From: Chrysomallon squamiferum
Lineage: Eukaryota; Animalia; Mollusca
Direction of reading: 5' to 3'
Assembly: GCA_012295275.1 (NCBI GenBank)
Contig: CM022672.1
Span: forward strand, 7,502,001 to 7,566,000
Length of the DNA: 64,000 nt
Position 1 is the first letter of the stretch. Each line of letters starts with the position of its first letter. Shown one piece after another: positions 14,801 to 28,697 of the stretch. Both the position numbers and the translations under genes were made by a program. A model generated the notes under the pieces. That model had not been told where the DNA came from and did no database searches. It saw only the letters and a program-made list of their open reading frames with translations.

Positions 14801-16304
14801 TTACTATTATATATTATTACTTAATAATTAATTTTTCTTTTCTGTGAAAATTATAGGCGTGTCAGCACCACGAATTCGAGGTAAAGATGGAAGTCTGCTT
14901 CCGAGTCCGAGGCTTGTGAGTTCGATTCTGCACGCCTCCAATCGACTGAGAAATCCCGAGGATGAATACGTAACACACTTTGTCATGCAGTGGGGTCAGT
15001 TTCTTGACCACGACATCACCAGTACCCCAGTTCACAGAGGTAATAATAATAATAATAGTAACAACAACAACAACAATAATAACAATAACAACGACAAAAT
15101 AATAATTGTAATAATAATAATAATAATAATCATATTAATAATAATAATAATAATTGTTATAAAATTAATAATAAGTGTAATAATAATAGTATTAATAATA
15201 ATAAATATGGAAGTTTTGGTTTTACTGTTTATAATAATTAACCATTGCCTTGCAGCAGAATATCTCTCTTTTCTGTAAAATGCTGATAATGTGTAACAAT
15301 AACCGATGAAGTTACAACAGCCAGCTTTTTTTTTTCTCATATTGTACTAGAAAGTGTTTTTTTTCTTAAACCCAGATGATTAAATATTGTAAAAGAAGAA
15401 GTGTAATTATACTGTGACATCTTGTACTCTTAAACACAGTACAGTAGGGTGTAATCAAAGAAACGTACTAATGTCTGTGTATTGTTCAGGTCTGTCAGGG
15501 TCCACGGTTACCTGTTGCATCGATGACTTGAATGTGACCAATATCAGCAGCACCATCTTGGAGAATATTAAGAGCAGGTTTGTGTTAATATTTTTATTGT
15601 TGTTTTTATCTTTAGTTATTTTTGATTTTTGTATTTTTTTTTTTTTTTTTACTTTGAGCTGGTTGAATTTTATCGAAAACAAAGCCACACAAACACACAC
15701 ACACCCACACACAAACACACACACAAACAAGCAAACAGCACTCTCAAATATATGTTCCTGCGTATAAACACACTAACACAACAATGGCAATGTTACCTAA
15801 TACTGGTGTAACTACCACAGATGTCATTTAACATAATTATAGTTTTATCATGAAATTATTTGTTGCATTTTTTATTATTCATTTTTACTATATCTAAATA
15901 TTATTAAACAGTTATTTCTTCTTAACTTTTAGACAATCTTTGTAGTACTATTGCACAGCCTTACGTGTTTAAAACGTGAATTATTATTATTATTTCAGAG
16001 ATATTTGTTTTCCAATATCCGTGCCAAGAAATGACCGTCGTTTCGGTTCCAGAACCTGTCTCAATTTTGTCCGTTCCATTCAAGTCTCAAACGCTGAGTG
16101 CAAAGACGGTAGGCGATTGTGACGTCATATGTAAATGTGAATATGACGTCGTAAAATCCTAGCAACATTTATTTATTCATTTATTATATTTTATTTTATT
16201 ATTTTTATGATTTCAATTTTTTATTATTATTATTATTTTAAATTATATTTATATATAATTAATTTTATCACCCGGCTAAATAAATTTTAATAATAATGAT
16301 GATG

Positions 16305-16343
<39 letters not shown>

Positions 16344-16491
16344 TGTTTGTAATTAACTGTTTCTAAATATATTTATTTACTTTTCAGTTCCGGTAGAACA
16401 GTTAAATCAGATTACGTCATACATAGACGCGTCTCAGATCTATGGGTCAACTGAAGAAGAACAAAAATCAGTCCGCTTGTTAAGTCAAGGT

Positions 16492-16535
<44 letters not shown>

Positions 16536-17281
16536 CAACGACAATGACAATAATAAAAATGACGACGACGACGTCAACAAGAACAACTGTATTAAGAATA
16601 ATAATAAAGATATTATTAATAATTTCACACTGTTAAGGCATAATGAGTAAGTAGTTATTTTATTTATTTATTGATCTAAAACGTTAATAAAAAGAGGCGC
16701 CATTGTTGTGTTTTAATTATTTTGATGAAAAAAACAAAACAAAAAGAAAAAGAGTTTGTTTACAAGAAAACATCTACAAGCAATAAAATAGGTTCGGGTG
16801 GGATCACAATAACAGTGTGTCTGTTTCAAGATTCACTTACGTAAAGTATACTTTCTGAGAAATGTAAAAAAAAAAAACAATTTGCTTTGCACAATTTTAG
16901 GTTTGTTGAAAACGTCGCCAGATAACCTTCTACCTAAGGAAAAAAAACAGATCTGTGAAATAGACAGGCCTGGGGCGTTTTGTTTCAAAGCAGGTGAGAA
17001 AATCAATTACCATGTCAAATTAACAACCGTTCATGTAATTGCTGTTTTGTGGTTTTGGGTTGTTGTTTTTTTTAAAGAAAAGCTATATTTGGATCGTAAA
17101 TAAAACTGATTTTTTTTTCTTTTTTAAACTGATCGTTTTATTTTATTTATTTATTTATTTTAATTTAGTGAATGTATAATTATATAAATTTCGTTAGATA
17201 AGAGATTTTCAAAAATGAACGTTTACAAGTGTGTATGTGTGTGTCTGTCTTTGTGTGTGTATGTGTTCGTGTGTGACGAGG

Positions 17282-17374
<93 letters not shown>

Positions 17375-19611
17375 TGTACTAATTATTAACGTACTATTTA
17401 AGGGGACGAGCGAGTCAATGAACAGATGGGGCTGACAACATTGCACACAGTGTGGATGAGAGAACACAACAGAATCGCCAAACAGCTCTTATCGTTCAAC
17501 CCACACTGGAACGACGAGAAAGTTTTCCAAGAGACGCGGAGAATCGTCGGCGCCCTTCTGCAGCACATTACATTCCACGAATTTTTGCCATCAGTCTTAA
17601 GCGAAACGGATTTGGAAACGTGGAAGTTAACCTCTCCAAGATTGGGGTTTCACGACGTCTACAACCCTGATGTTGACGCTAGTATAAGAAACAGTTTCGC
17701 GACGGCAGCCTTCAGATTTGGACACTCAATGGTTCGTTCAATGATGTCTCATTACACTAGAGACTATCAGTATGTCGGAAATTCCCTGCTGCAGCATATA
17801 TTTGGCAACACTTCTGTGATTCTGTCAGACTCGAACAGAATAAACACCTTTCTCCGCGGGATGGCCACTGACCACGCAAGCAGAATGGACAGATTCCTGT
17901 CCAGCCAAGTTCTCGATCATCTTTTTGAAGACAGCAAAGGAAACGCCCTTGACCTTGCTGCTCTAAACATTCAGCGAGGACGTGACCACGGTCTCCCTGG
18001 TTACAATCAGTGGCGAAAATTGTGCAATCTTCCTGTAGCAATGACCTTTGACCCTCGACACCCCAACGGCTTGGTGCATCATAATCAAGAAGATGCTCAA
18101 ATATTAAGTTCTTTGTACAGGTACACGTCACATTTTATAATTAACCTCTAAGTGTAAAAGTTTAACATGAAGATACATCTAAATTTTATTAATACAGTTT
18201 GTAAAAAAAAACTTGGATTACAATTTGTAGTTAAATGCGTCTTCCTCTGTTTCATCTTTTTACAGACATCCCGACGACATCGATCTTTTTCCCTGCTGCC
18301 ACGTCAGAACGACCTGTACCCGGTGGGTTAGTCGGTCCCACAGTCAGCTGTATTCTGGGCAAACAGTTCTCACTTCTGAAAACTGGAGACAGGTTTTGGT
18401 ACGAACGTAACGACAAGGTTACAGGTTTTACTAAAGGTAATAATAACATTTTCGTATAAAAATTACGATAACGTAATAAATAATAATTAATAATTAAAGC
18501 AATAATTAAATTTCGATATATTGGACTTTGAATTAGCTAGCCTACTAAGTTAGCGATATTTACAAAGATACCGCCATTATTTCAATTATTTCAGAAGCTT
18601 TACTGAATTTTTTATTTTTTTTATTTTTTTACTTTTGTTGATGTTGTAAATATATAAAATCAGGTAATTATACATTGGAGCACCAGTTCATACACACCAC
18701 ATACCAACAATATGTAATTACCGTACTTATGGCAATAAACCTTATCTACTTTTCAAGACTATCTAGTCAAATTACAACGAAATCTTTATTAAATGTTGTA
18801 TCGCAAAACATTAAATTCATTTATTTATATATGTGTTTGTGTTAAAATGTATTATTGTTAAATTACAAAGTAAAGCTTAGATTTTGGGAAAGTTCAAAAT
18901 GTATTATTGTTAAAAACCTAGCACGTAATTAATATATATTTTGATAAATCGAATCTTGATTGCATAAATGATTATGTAGTAATATAGATACACTGTTTTG
19001 TTCTGCACAGAGCAACTGGACAGTATCAAGTCTGTCTCTCTGGCTCGTGTTTTGTGCGACAATTCAAACATTGACCAAATTCAGCCTCACGTCTTTTGGA
19101 AAGAGGGAATGTTTCAAAATTACATGTACGTATACTCCTGTTTTCTATTAGAATATGGTTTGATGTGATCTTTGCAGTTAGTATTTACATATTAGTTCAA
19201 TATTAACATACTAGGTAGGAAATCTAACGTAATAATGTTTGTTAGAGGCAAATTTATTATTACGAAATTAAAAATTTGTTTTAAATCTGAATTTTAAAAT
19301 TTATTTCAATTTTATTTTATTTATTGCTCTGTTTTAGAAACCCGTTGGTCGGTTGCTGGTCGTTACCGGATCTTGATCTGTCACTATGGAGAGACGCTAG
19401 CGCTGATTGGACACGATGGTCTGAGTGGTCGCCTTGTTTCGCCAGTTTCCGTCACCGACATCGGACATGTCCGAGTGATGCCGCTATGTGTGAGGGTCCC
19501 AACACACAGTTTAAAAAGTGCTATGAACAATCGTGCCAAAAATATGTCGATGCGGAACAGCGATTCCGATGTCTCATGCATATAGCCGATATATTCAGTT
19601 TTCGAAAATGA
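11651..19611 (+). CDS. Secreted animal heme peroxidase A (peroxinectin/chorion-peroxidase/peroxidasin-like catalytic domain) with one C-terminal TSP1-like repeat; 1-nt frameshift in exon 10 as assembled
   Basis: 12 GT-AG exons: 11651-11903, 13690-13819, 14220-14452, 14857-15039, 15490-15577, 15999-16108, 16388-16489, 16901-16993, 17403-18120, 18266-18436, 19011-19125, 19338-19611. Total 2470 nt (3n+1); about 822 aa if one base near 18286-18293 is removed. Signal-peptide-like N-terminus. Motifs: [10 protein letters not shown], distal [10 protein letters not shown], Ca-loop [31 protein letters not shown], proximal [44 protein letters not shown]: [17 protein letters not shown]. Confidence 0.92.
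13573..13657. repeat. (CT)n microsatellite upstream of peroxidase A exon 2 acceptor
   Basis: Seen directly. Confidence 0.95.
17285..17368. repeat. (GA)n microsatellite in peroxidase A intron 8
   Basis: Seen directly; followed by branch-point-like TACTAAT (17377-17383) and the acceptor at 17401-17402. Confidence 0.95.
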
Positions 19612-19841
19612 TATCTTCTTTTTGAAAACATTAGATTTGTTATCATCCTCTTTAAATTGTTGTTTTGTACAATACTGGAAAACGAGATTATCCGTTGAAT
19701 TTTAAATTGTGTTACTATTATGAAGGAGACTGGAAACACAAATAACTAACATAGGAAATATCTACAAGAATCTTTATTAAACACTTTTATCCCAACAAGA
19801 TCATTTAGAAGCAAATTAAAATTTAACTTTAATAATAAAAC

Positions 19842-19881
<40 letters not shown>

Positions 19882-20040
19882 TGTAATCTGAAATAATTTG
19901 AAATAATTACTTGATTTCAAAATAACTTTGTACATTTTCATTTTTATAGTCTAAACATTATAAAACAATTAAAGAAAGATGTAACCTTTAATAAAGCATG
20001 TTTAATAGTGTGTGGTTTGTGGTTGGGTGTTATATATCAA

Positions 20041-22022
20041 TCAATCTGGACAGAACTTGCTAGCAAACTTCTGATAGACGCTGCTCCTGCAGTACACAGG
20101 AACTCTCGATCTCTCTGACAGACATTTTCTTGACTCGGACCGGTTTCCGTTACACGAGCCGCTTTCACATCTTCTAGCTCTGTATTCATTCCCGTTAACG
20201 CACGTAGACCAGTTGAACCATGGGCCCCAGTTTCCGGTTTCACTGGAACACTTCCACCTCTGAACTCTGATCCCGGGACAGCTGGTTCCTATACAAGTTC
20301 TAGATCTTTCCTGTACCTGGTTGGTGCACGCCGACCATGGGCCCCACTCTCCCCAGTTTCCAGTCGTACACTTCCATCTCTGAATGCTGTCACCCTTACA
20401 TGTAGTACCGATACATTTTCTTCTTCTAGACTGAACGCCGTTAATACAAGACGACCACTGACTCCAGTCAGCCCAACCTCCAAACGGGTCACCTGAACAC
20501 TTCCATTTCTGTATAGCCTTACCCTCGCACTTCCCACTCAAACACGTTCTCTCTCGTATCTGAACTTTATTCAAACATGACGTCCACTGACCCCATTCCG
20601 ACCATCTTCCAGTTCCTGCTCCGCCACTGCAGTACCATCTCTGGACACTCTCCCCAGGACACTGTCCACCTAGACACTGTCTTCTTCTTATCTGAACTTC
20701 ATTGACGCAGGCTGACCACGCTCCCCACTGACCCCAGCCGCCGCTGGACGACGAATCCGTGCATCTCCTCCTGTTGGTACGAATTCCTTTACAAGAACCC
20801 TTCAAACACGATCTCGTTCTCGACTGAATGCCGTAGTTGCAGCTGGACCATGGCGTCCATGGACCCCACGACCCGACAGCTCTGCATCTCTCCGTTTGTT
20901 CACTTCCACCTCTGCAGCTTCCCCCGTACAGACACTGGCGGGTTCTAGAACGTCTGCCGCCCACACACTGCGACCATTCTGACCACGGCCCATAACTGTC
21001 CCTGGCCGGACCGTTCATCCAGTTGCTCAGATCCAGTTTTGGAATGGCTGGATCTTCACAGCTAATACGTGGATTGCGTCTTCAAAACAAACAAAAAAAA
21101 ATAAATAAATAAAATAAAACACGCCACTAAAATGACTATGTACGTTTTAAACTATAAAATAGAAATTATTCTATTGTAATGATTGATGATACCTTTATTA
21201 TCGCAATAAAATATTTGATATACATTTAGATCAATCTTTTTTTAACATTATTTTTCTACTTTTGTTTTTGTTTGTTGCTTTACTATTAAATTCTTTCCTT
21301 CTTTCCTGCTTTCACGGTAAGATAAAGCTTAGATTAGCTCCCCATAATATTTCCAAAACTCAAAAAAAAAAAAATAAATAAATAAAGGAAGGAAGAAAAA
21401 AGTCAATAAATGAATAAAATAAATAAATATTTTTTATACATATAATTATTTCTTTATATCCATAATTCATAATCACCATTCCTACTGTTATCACAAAGTA
21501 TCTGATACATTTCAGTAAATATTAAACTGAGATATTTTTTTATTTCTCGTGTGACATTAACACTTACTGTGACACCTTTCTGAAAGCCAGACGCTGAATG
21601 GACACAGTGTCCGTGTTGTCACAGATCACTCTGGAAAGTCGTTGTTTTCGTATTTGTTTCAGCTGGTCTGAATATCAAAAATAACAAAGACAAGACAACA
21701 AAAATGAATTCCAGAAACGATTGTAGAACGACAGAAGTGTCAGAACACTTGATAATCTTACAGCCCAATTCCAGTTCTCACTAACACTGTTACCCAAAAC
21801 ATGTTTGGATTGGACTGAATATAAACGTTGGCTATGGAACAGAAATCAAGAATTCTGTGTAGCATAATTTATGAAAGTAAGACATGAGGGTGTTAAGGTG
21901 ATGCATCAATATATATATATATATATGTTACTGAGCATGACAAATGACTAGACAAGAGATTAATACCATATCTCTTTTTTTTCTCTTTCTCTTCTTCCTC
22001 TGTGTGTGTCTATGTGTTCATG

Positions 22023-22081
<59 letters not shown>

Positions 22082-22954
22082 GTACACAAACATACACACA
22101 GATAGGCATATATATTACCCGGACGGAATCCAAGATTTCCGAGATCTCTGTTAAACCAAAATCGGTCTCCTTGTTTCAGCGCTCTGAACTGATTGGCAAG
22201 AAGACAGGAGAAGGTGGGTCCCACTAAACCACCCTGAACACGTGTCTCTGACACCCCACCAGAAAATAGGTCGATGTCGTCAACATGTCTAGATAAACGA
22301 GCAATAATATTATGATGTGTTTTCTCTGTGATATACACTTTTATTATGTGTTATAAATTCATTCCTTTTTAGGCTTGTTATTATTTGAATCCTTTTTTGT
22401 ATATTTTATATGTGTATGTGTGGGTGCCAAAAAAGAAAAGAAAAAAAAGAACAGCATGAGAAAGAAAGAAACAAACAAAGAAACAAAGGGAATGAAAATA
22501 AGAAATAAAACAAAATTCAGTGAACATATAAATGCTGAATAGAAAAACAATCTTCTCACGTTAGGACTTTATCGTTAATGATGACAGATCGCACTAAACA
22601 GAATAGTAATAAAGTTATAAAGAATTATAAAATCTTTTATTTCTACCGCCAAAGGTACTCTTTAAAATATTACATTTCAACCTGCTGTTTAGATTTTTGT
22701 GTGTGTGTGCATTCAGTTTTACCAACGCTAAAACAGGTCGGTAAAGCTGTCTTTGAGAGAACACATTAATGTTATTATTTTTAAAATTGAACTCGCTTAT
22801 AGATTTAAATTATTTGATAAACCAGCGTGAAGTAATTATAGCTATTCATACAGCTGCAGAAAGATAGATTATTTTTTTTTAGTGAAAGAAAGTATTAAAA
22901 TATATAATAATAATACAAAAAGAGAAGAAATGTAAATGTCATCAAAAAGCAAAA

Positions 22955-22990
<36 letters not shown>

Positions 22991-23097
22991 TGTAGTAGTA
23001 GTAGTTGTTGTTGTTGTTGTTGTTGTTGTAAAAAAAATCCTGATATGGATGCTGTTGTTATTACTACTGTCCCTTTTTCTACAGCTACTACCACCAT

Positions 23098-23139
<42 letters not shown>

Positions 23140-23987
23140 GTAATGTTACCTATAAACAGAACGGAACTTGTTTCTGGCTTCAGCAGGGTGGTCATTCATC
23201 GCGCTGAATGACGTCACAGGTCTCAGACCGCACCACTTTCTGAACTCGTTGTAACCAGGCAACCCGTGGTCACGTCCTCGCTGGATATTCAACGCTGCAA
23301 GGTCAAGGCTGTTTCCCTCGGCATCTTCGAACAAATGATCAGTGACCTGTTTCGTCAAATAACGATCCACTCTGCGAATTTTATCCATCAGAAGACCCCG
23401 GATGTAGAAATTAACGCCATCGCCGTCGTTTCTCAGTATGTGTGACGTGTTGCCAAAACTCTGTTTGAGCTGGAAGGCTTCAAGACGGTTGTAGTTTCTG
23501 TCGTACTGAGACATCGTCGTCTGAATCATGGAATGGCCGAACCGGTACGCTGCCGTCGCAAATGCATTTCGAATGCTCGGATCTATTTGAGGATTGTAGT
23601 CGTGAGAATAGTCTTTGGACAAGAGCAGTCCGTATCTCTTCATTACCCGTGGTCCGAGTACGATAGGCAGAAACTCCGAGTACGTGATGTGCTGCAGCAG
23701 AGCGCCCACGATCTTGCGACTTTCCTGGAAAAGAGTTTCATCGTCCAGGTCGGGATTGTACTTGGCCAGCTCCTTAGCAATTCGGTTGTGTTCTCGCATC
23801 CAGATCGTGTGCATGCTTGCTAAAGCCATTTGTTCATTGACTCGCTTGTCTCCTATTAAATATAATTTTATAATACTAAATAATTAACATGAGTTGAATG
23901 TAAACTGTATGTTTTTGTTTTGTTGTAGTTTTTGTTTGATGTTGCTTTTGGTTGTTGTTTGTTTTTATTTTTATTTTTTTTATTTTT

Positions 23988-24018
<31 letters not shown>

Positions 24019-24566
24019 TTCATTTACGGTTGTTTTTGCTGTTCTCTCATTTATTTATTTTATATTTTTGGTAATAGTAATTTAAGTAAAATTCTCTGAT
24101 TGCTGTTAAGTCCGTGCAGTTTGATCTGGCACTGTTGTCTATGGGATGTTCCATATTTAGATAAGTTATGCTAATTTATAGCAGTTGCCCGTAAAATGGT
24201 GTCACAGTTTTCAATAGAAAATATACAAACATTTATTGATGTGTTATTAAACAAATATTTGTTCATTCTTTATAGAAATATTTCCTACCTGCTTTGAAAC
24301 AGTAGTCATTTTGTCTGGTCAAAACACAACTTGGTTTATCGTCTTTAGGCAGTAAATTGTTAGCTGATGTCTTCAAAAGGCCTGCAGTAGACACGAAAAA
24401 TAGTTTTGTGTAAGAATTAAATTAAAATGTATATATTTCTTTTATTTATTTATTTACAAAAAAATTGTTTTGTCTGTAATACTTCGTGAGACTTTAAAAC
24501 TGGATTTATTTCTCGATACATAGATTAGGCAAACACACTGAAATACACACGCATATACATATATCA

Positions 24567-24602
<36 letters not shown>

Positions 24603-25795
24603 TAAATACATACAGATACAAATGCATATATATAAAAACACACAAAGACATTTACAGACATAAACATTTGTGAGTTTGTGAATTACCAAAACTATAATAA
24701 AGAAAAAAACATAATCTTGAGCTCACAATTACAATAAAAATGTTTATGGAGTAATCTAAACAGAGGTGTCGTTTTAAATTCATTACTGATGGGCTGACCC
24801 AGTGTACACTTGCGTTCTTTATTTTTATTTTTTCTAAATACATGCACGACTAATATACCTTAACATCAAACGTATAGAAATATATATACACAAAGACATA
24901 CACACACGCATATACATACCTGGCTATATAGATACGTATAGATATATTCATACAAACATATGCATGCTTAAATATATATATATATATAAATACACACATA
25001 CATGCCTGTCTACCTACATACATACACTCAGGTATATTCAGACACTAAATGTATTGATCGTTCTAATTGGCTTGGTTTTTAAAAAGTTTGATATCTCGTT
25101 ACCTCCTCTGAACGTTCTCAGAACTGACTGCTCTTTCAAACTGGACCCGTAAATCTGAGAGCCGTCAATGTACGCTGTTATCTGATTCAACTGCTCCACG
25201 GGCACTTAGTTTAAATAAATAAATGAATAAATAAATAAATAAATGAACGAACGAATGAATAGAATGAATCAACCAATAAGTCAATGAGGTAAAATAAAAT
25301 AAATAGAGGTATTTTAAAATATCGTTACAAAAAGCTAAAGCAAAAATAAAAGTTATAAAATTAAAAAAAATAATAATAATCATTGAAAATTATAAAGAGT
25401 TTTGATGTTTTGGAAAGAAAATAAAAAAAACAAAAAAAAACAAAACATACTATAGAATTCCATATCTCAAAATAATTGCAATTTAGATCTACAATATAAA
25501 ACCGACGACAATTTTCTAATAGAGATGTAATTCATTTATTGTATTATTCTTACTTAAAACAGTGTTTTGAAATATACGTGTAGCTTTCTAATCGGAGCAA
25601 CAGTTTAATTACCTGATCTGCAGTCAGCGTTAGAAACTTGAACTGATCTAACGAAACTGAGACATGTCCGCCTGAAGAACGCATCACCAGGAGGAATTTC
25701 AATCGGGAAACAGATGTCTCTGATTAAACAAAACTAGAGTTTTAAAAAAATAAAATCATCTCGAAATGATTTCTTTTTTCTTCCTGTTATCTATC

Positions 25796-25845
<50 letters not shown>

Positions 25846-26008
25846 GTTAGTTAGATACTGTTATTCTTTATGGAATAAAGTTTTGCTTCTGTTTAAAACG
25901 AAATGTAAAACTTTCTCTTATATCTCTATAAATGAACAGAGAGAGAGGAACAAAGAAATATAAAGAGAGTGGTAGTAGTAGTAATAATCGTGGCATTGGC
26001 AGAAGTGA

Positions 26009-26049
<41 letters not shown>

Positions 26050-26211
26050 TAAACCTAAGTGCTGGGTCTAAATTAATTTTCAACTTGGAGCTGGCACTGA
26101 CGTCGTCGATGCAGCATGTAGGTACTGATCCCTCAGTTCCTACAACACAGAAGTAGTGATACATGTGTACTGTATATATGTGAGCAGAATGTGTGCATGC
26201 GTTTGTGTATC

Positions 26212-26243
<32 letters not shown>

Positions 26244-26871
26244 GGTTCAGTGTCTTTGCAATGATTTATTGGTAACAAAGATAAATAGGTTTATAAATCA
26301 ATGGAAAAGTAGTTTTATGTATTAGTTTTACTTTTCAATATTCGAAGTTATATCACTAAAATACAACCGAAAATTACGTCATCTTCACAGAGCTTGAATG
26401 AATAACTGTGTTATTAAATTTTATTATTAACAAAGGTTGATGCAGGAAAAAAAACCAATAAAAACAGTGAAATGATGTATGTAGAACAATCCACTGTACA
26501 TGTATTCAACTTAATTTTGTTTTCTCAGCATAAAGATTAGTTAACCGGAAAATAGACTTCATCTTCCATTGAAATTAAAAATATACTCACCTAGATTTTC
26601 CGGAGTGCTGGTGATATCGTGATCTAAAAATTGTCCCCACTGCATCACCATGTGAGTGACGGAATCTAACGAACTTTCCCGATTTGACTCGTGAACGACT
26701 CGGCTAACCATTCGTGCGCTGGGTAACGGGAATCTTGTCTGCCCATCAGGTGACGTTACCACGGAGAAGGTTTTGGGCTCGGATACGCCTAATTTTAACA
26801 AACATGAAAGAAAAACATTCCAATAAGAACGAACAGATATAAACAGATAAGTGAATACTTATGAGGTATAT

Positions 26872-26927
<56 letters not shown>

Positions 26928-28661
26928 TTTAGTTCATTTTAGTTCATTTTTGTTACTATTTTTTTATTATTTGTCATGCAATTTAATGTCTGTGTTGAGA
27001 GGCACACCCCCGCACCTGAAGTGCCCCAGAGTCTAAGACCGGCCTGGATAACAGACCTTCCTGGGAATACTGAAAATACCTACTTTTGATATTTATTTTA
27101 GAAACACGAATGTGTAAGAAAACTGCACGACTGTACTCACCATCCTGATACGCAGGTTTGACGAAACGCCTCATGGGAATGAAGGCGCGGCCCCAGACTG
27201 GTTTTCTCAGATTGTTACAGCTGCCGTCCGCCGTGCGATACCTCGAGGTGCTGTCGCAGTCCACTGACACCAGGTTGTCGCAGTTGTCGTCGTTTGTTGA
27301 CAAATCAGGCAGTTCACTGCCGATATTTTTAAAGAAATTTTCCATAGAACCGGCGACCCTCAATCTCGGAACTCTTAAACTGTAACAAAGATTTTATTAA
27401 TATTATAATATTTATATTCCTTTTCTTTCCTTCTTCCTTTATTTCTTGCATTCATTCTTCTGATGAATTATAGTTAGCAAGATCGAGCTAGTTATTATTC
27501 ATTAGAAACAGTTATACAGTAAACAATCACGCTAATACGTTTTCATGATGAAAACATTTTTCTCTCGTATTATCAATGGCGTATCTAAGGTATCGTAGGT
27601 ATAGTTATAGCCCTGGACACCAATTGACAGGGCTATAACTTGAAGTGGGCGCCTCTTAGCAATTCCTCCTTTATGGTAAAGTTACACAGAAGATGTGTCT
27701 AGAATATCTGGACAGGGGTCCATACCCAGTGCTGGCCACAGCCGCTATTTTCCATGGGTTCGACTCTGCATTTCATCAGTATATGTTAGAAATTTATTAA
27801 CAGGCAGATATTAATATAAATATGTTTTGCGTTTTCTTTATAGAAATCTTTAGTAAACATTTTTATTATTATGAAATACACCCATTCACATGTCTATGCA
27901 CATATAACGGAAATATATAAAATAAACCAGAACAAAACCAATATATACATAAACTATACCATTTGTTATTTTAGTTATCAATAGAAAAAAAAGAGTATTA
28001 TAACTGTGTTATAAGCGCGTGCGCATATTAGAGATTTTCGAGCTAAATTTGTTTCTCATATTTTCGCTTCACTTACGTCTGGGCCATTTCTTTAATCACA
28101 GCAACTTTTGTTCTTTCTGGTTGTCCCATCCTAACCGACTTCTCCTTCGTTCCAGCGAACATTGCTTTCATACCCAGACACGAAAAATAGTCAAATCTAT
28201 CCACACCTGATATTAAAAAATACATTACAAAGATTTACAGTGTAATTTACTAAACTAAATAATAAGTTACTTATTTACTTATTTACTAATTATTTACTAA
28301 TTAACTTAACTAATTAATTAATAATACACTAGTATTAACAAAACAAGTAGCAGAAGTATAGTGCTAGCAGTAGCTGTAGTAGTAGTAGTAGTAGTAGTAG
28401 TAAAACGCGGTGAGTAGCTGTTATATACATCTTGACAATAGGCTCCAGCGTCAAATCTACAGAGATACTCGATATCTCTATCTGCCAGCATTAAAATGTT
28501 TAACCACTGGAGTTAGCTGTCTCGTCTTTGAAATTCGTCACTCAAAAGCATACGTTTTTCATTAATGCAGTTAAAGTGAAATATGGTGTGCAGTAAAAGT
28601 TCACACCTTTAAAGATATAAATCTAAAATCAAGTTTTTTATTATTTTAATTATTTTCTTTT

Positions 28662-28697
<36 letters not shown>

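Noticed and set aside
17452-18131. Alternative-frame and antisense ORFs over peroxidase and amine oxidase exons (also 20037-20993, 23533-23887, 60804-61388)
   Set aside because: Shadows of GC-richer real coding exons, with no independent evidence.
18844-18914. 19-bp direct repeat AAAATGTATTATTGTTAAA flanking about 34 bp
   Set aside because: AT-rich local duplication with no element features between the copies.
20041-21018. TSR ORF as a stand-alone gene or CRISPR-like array
   Set aside because: It continues in frame upstream to the acceptor at 21079 through the peroxidase C-terminal motif (PKLDLSNW); the repeats are protein-level with degenerate DNA.
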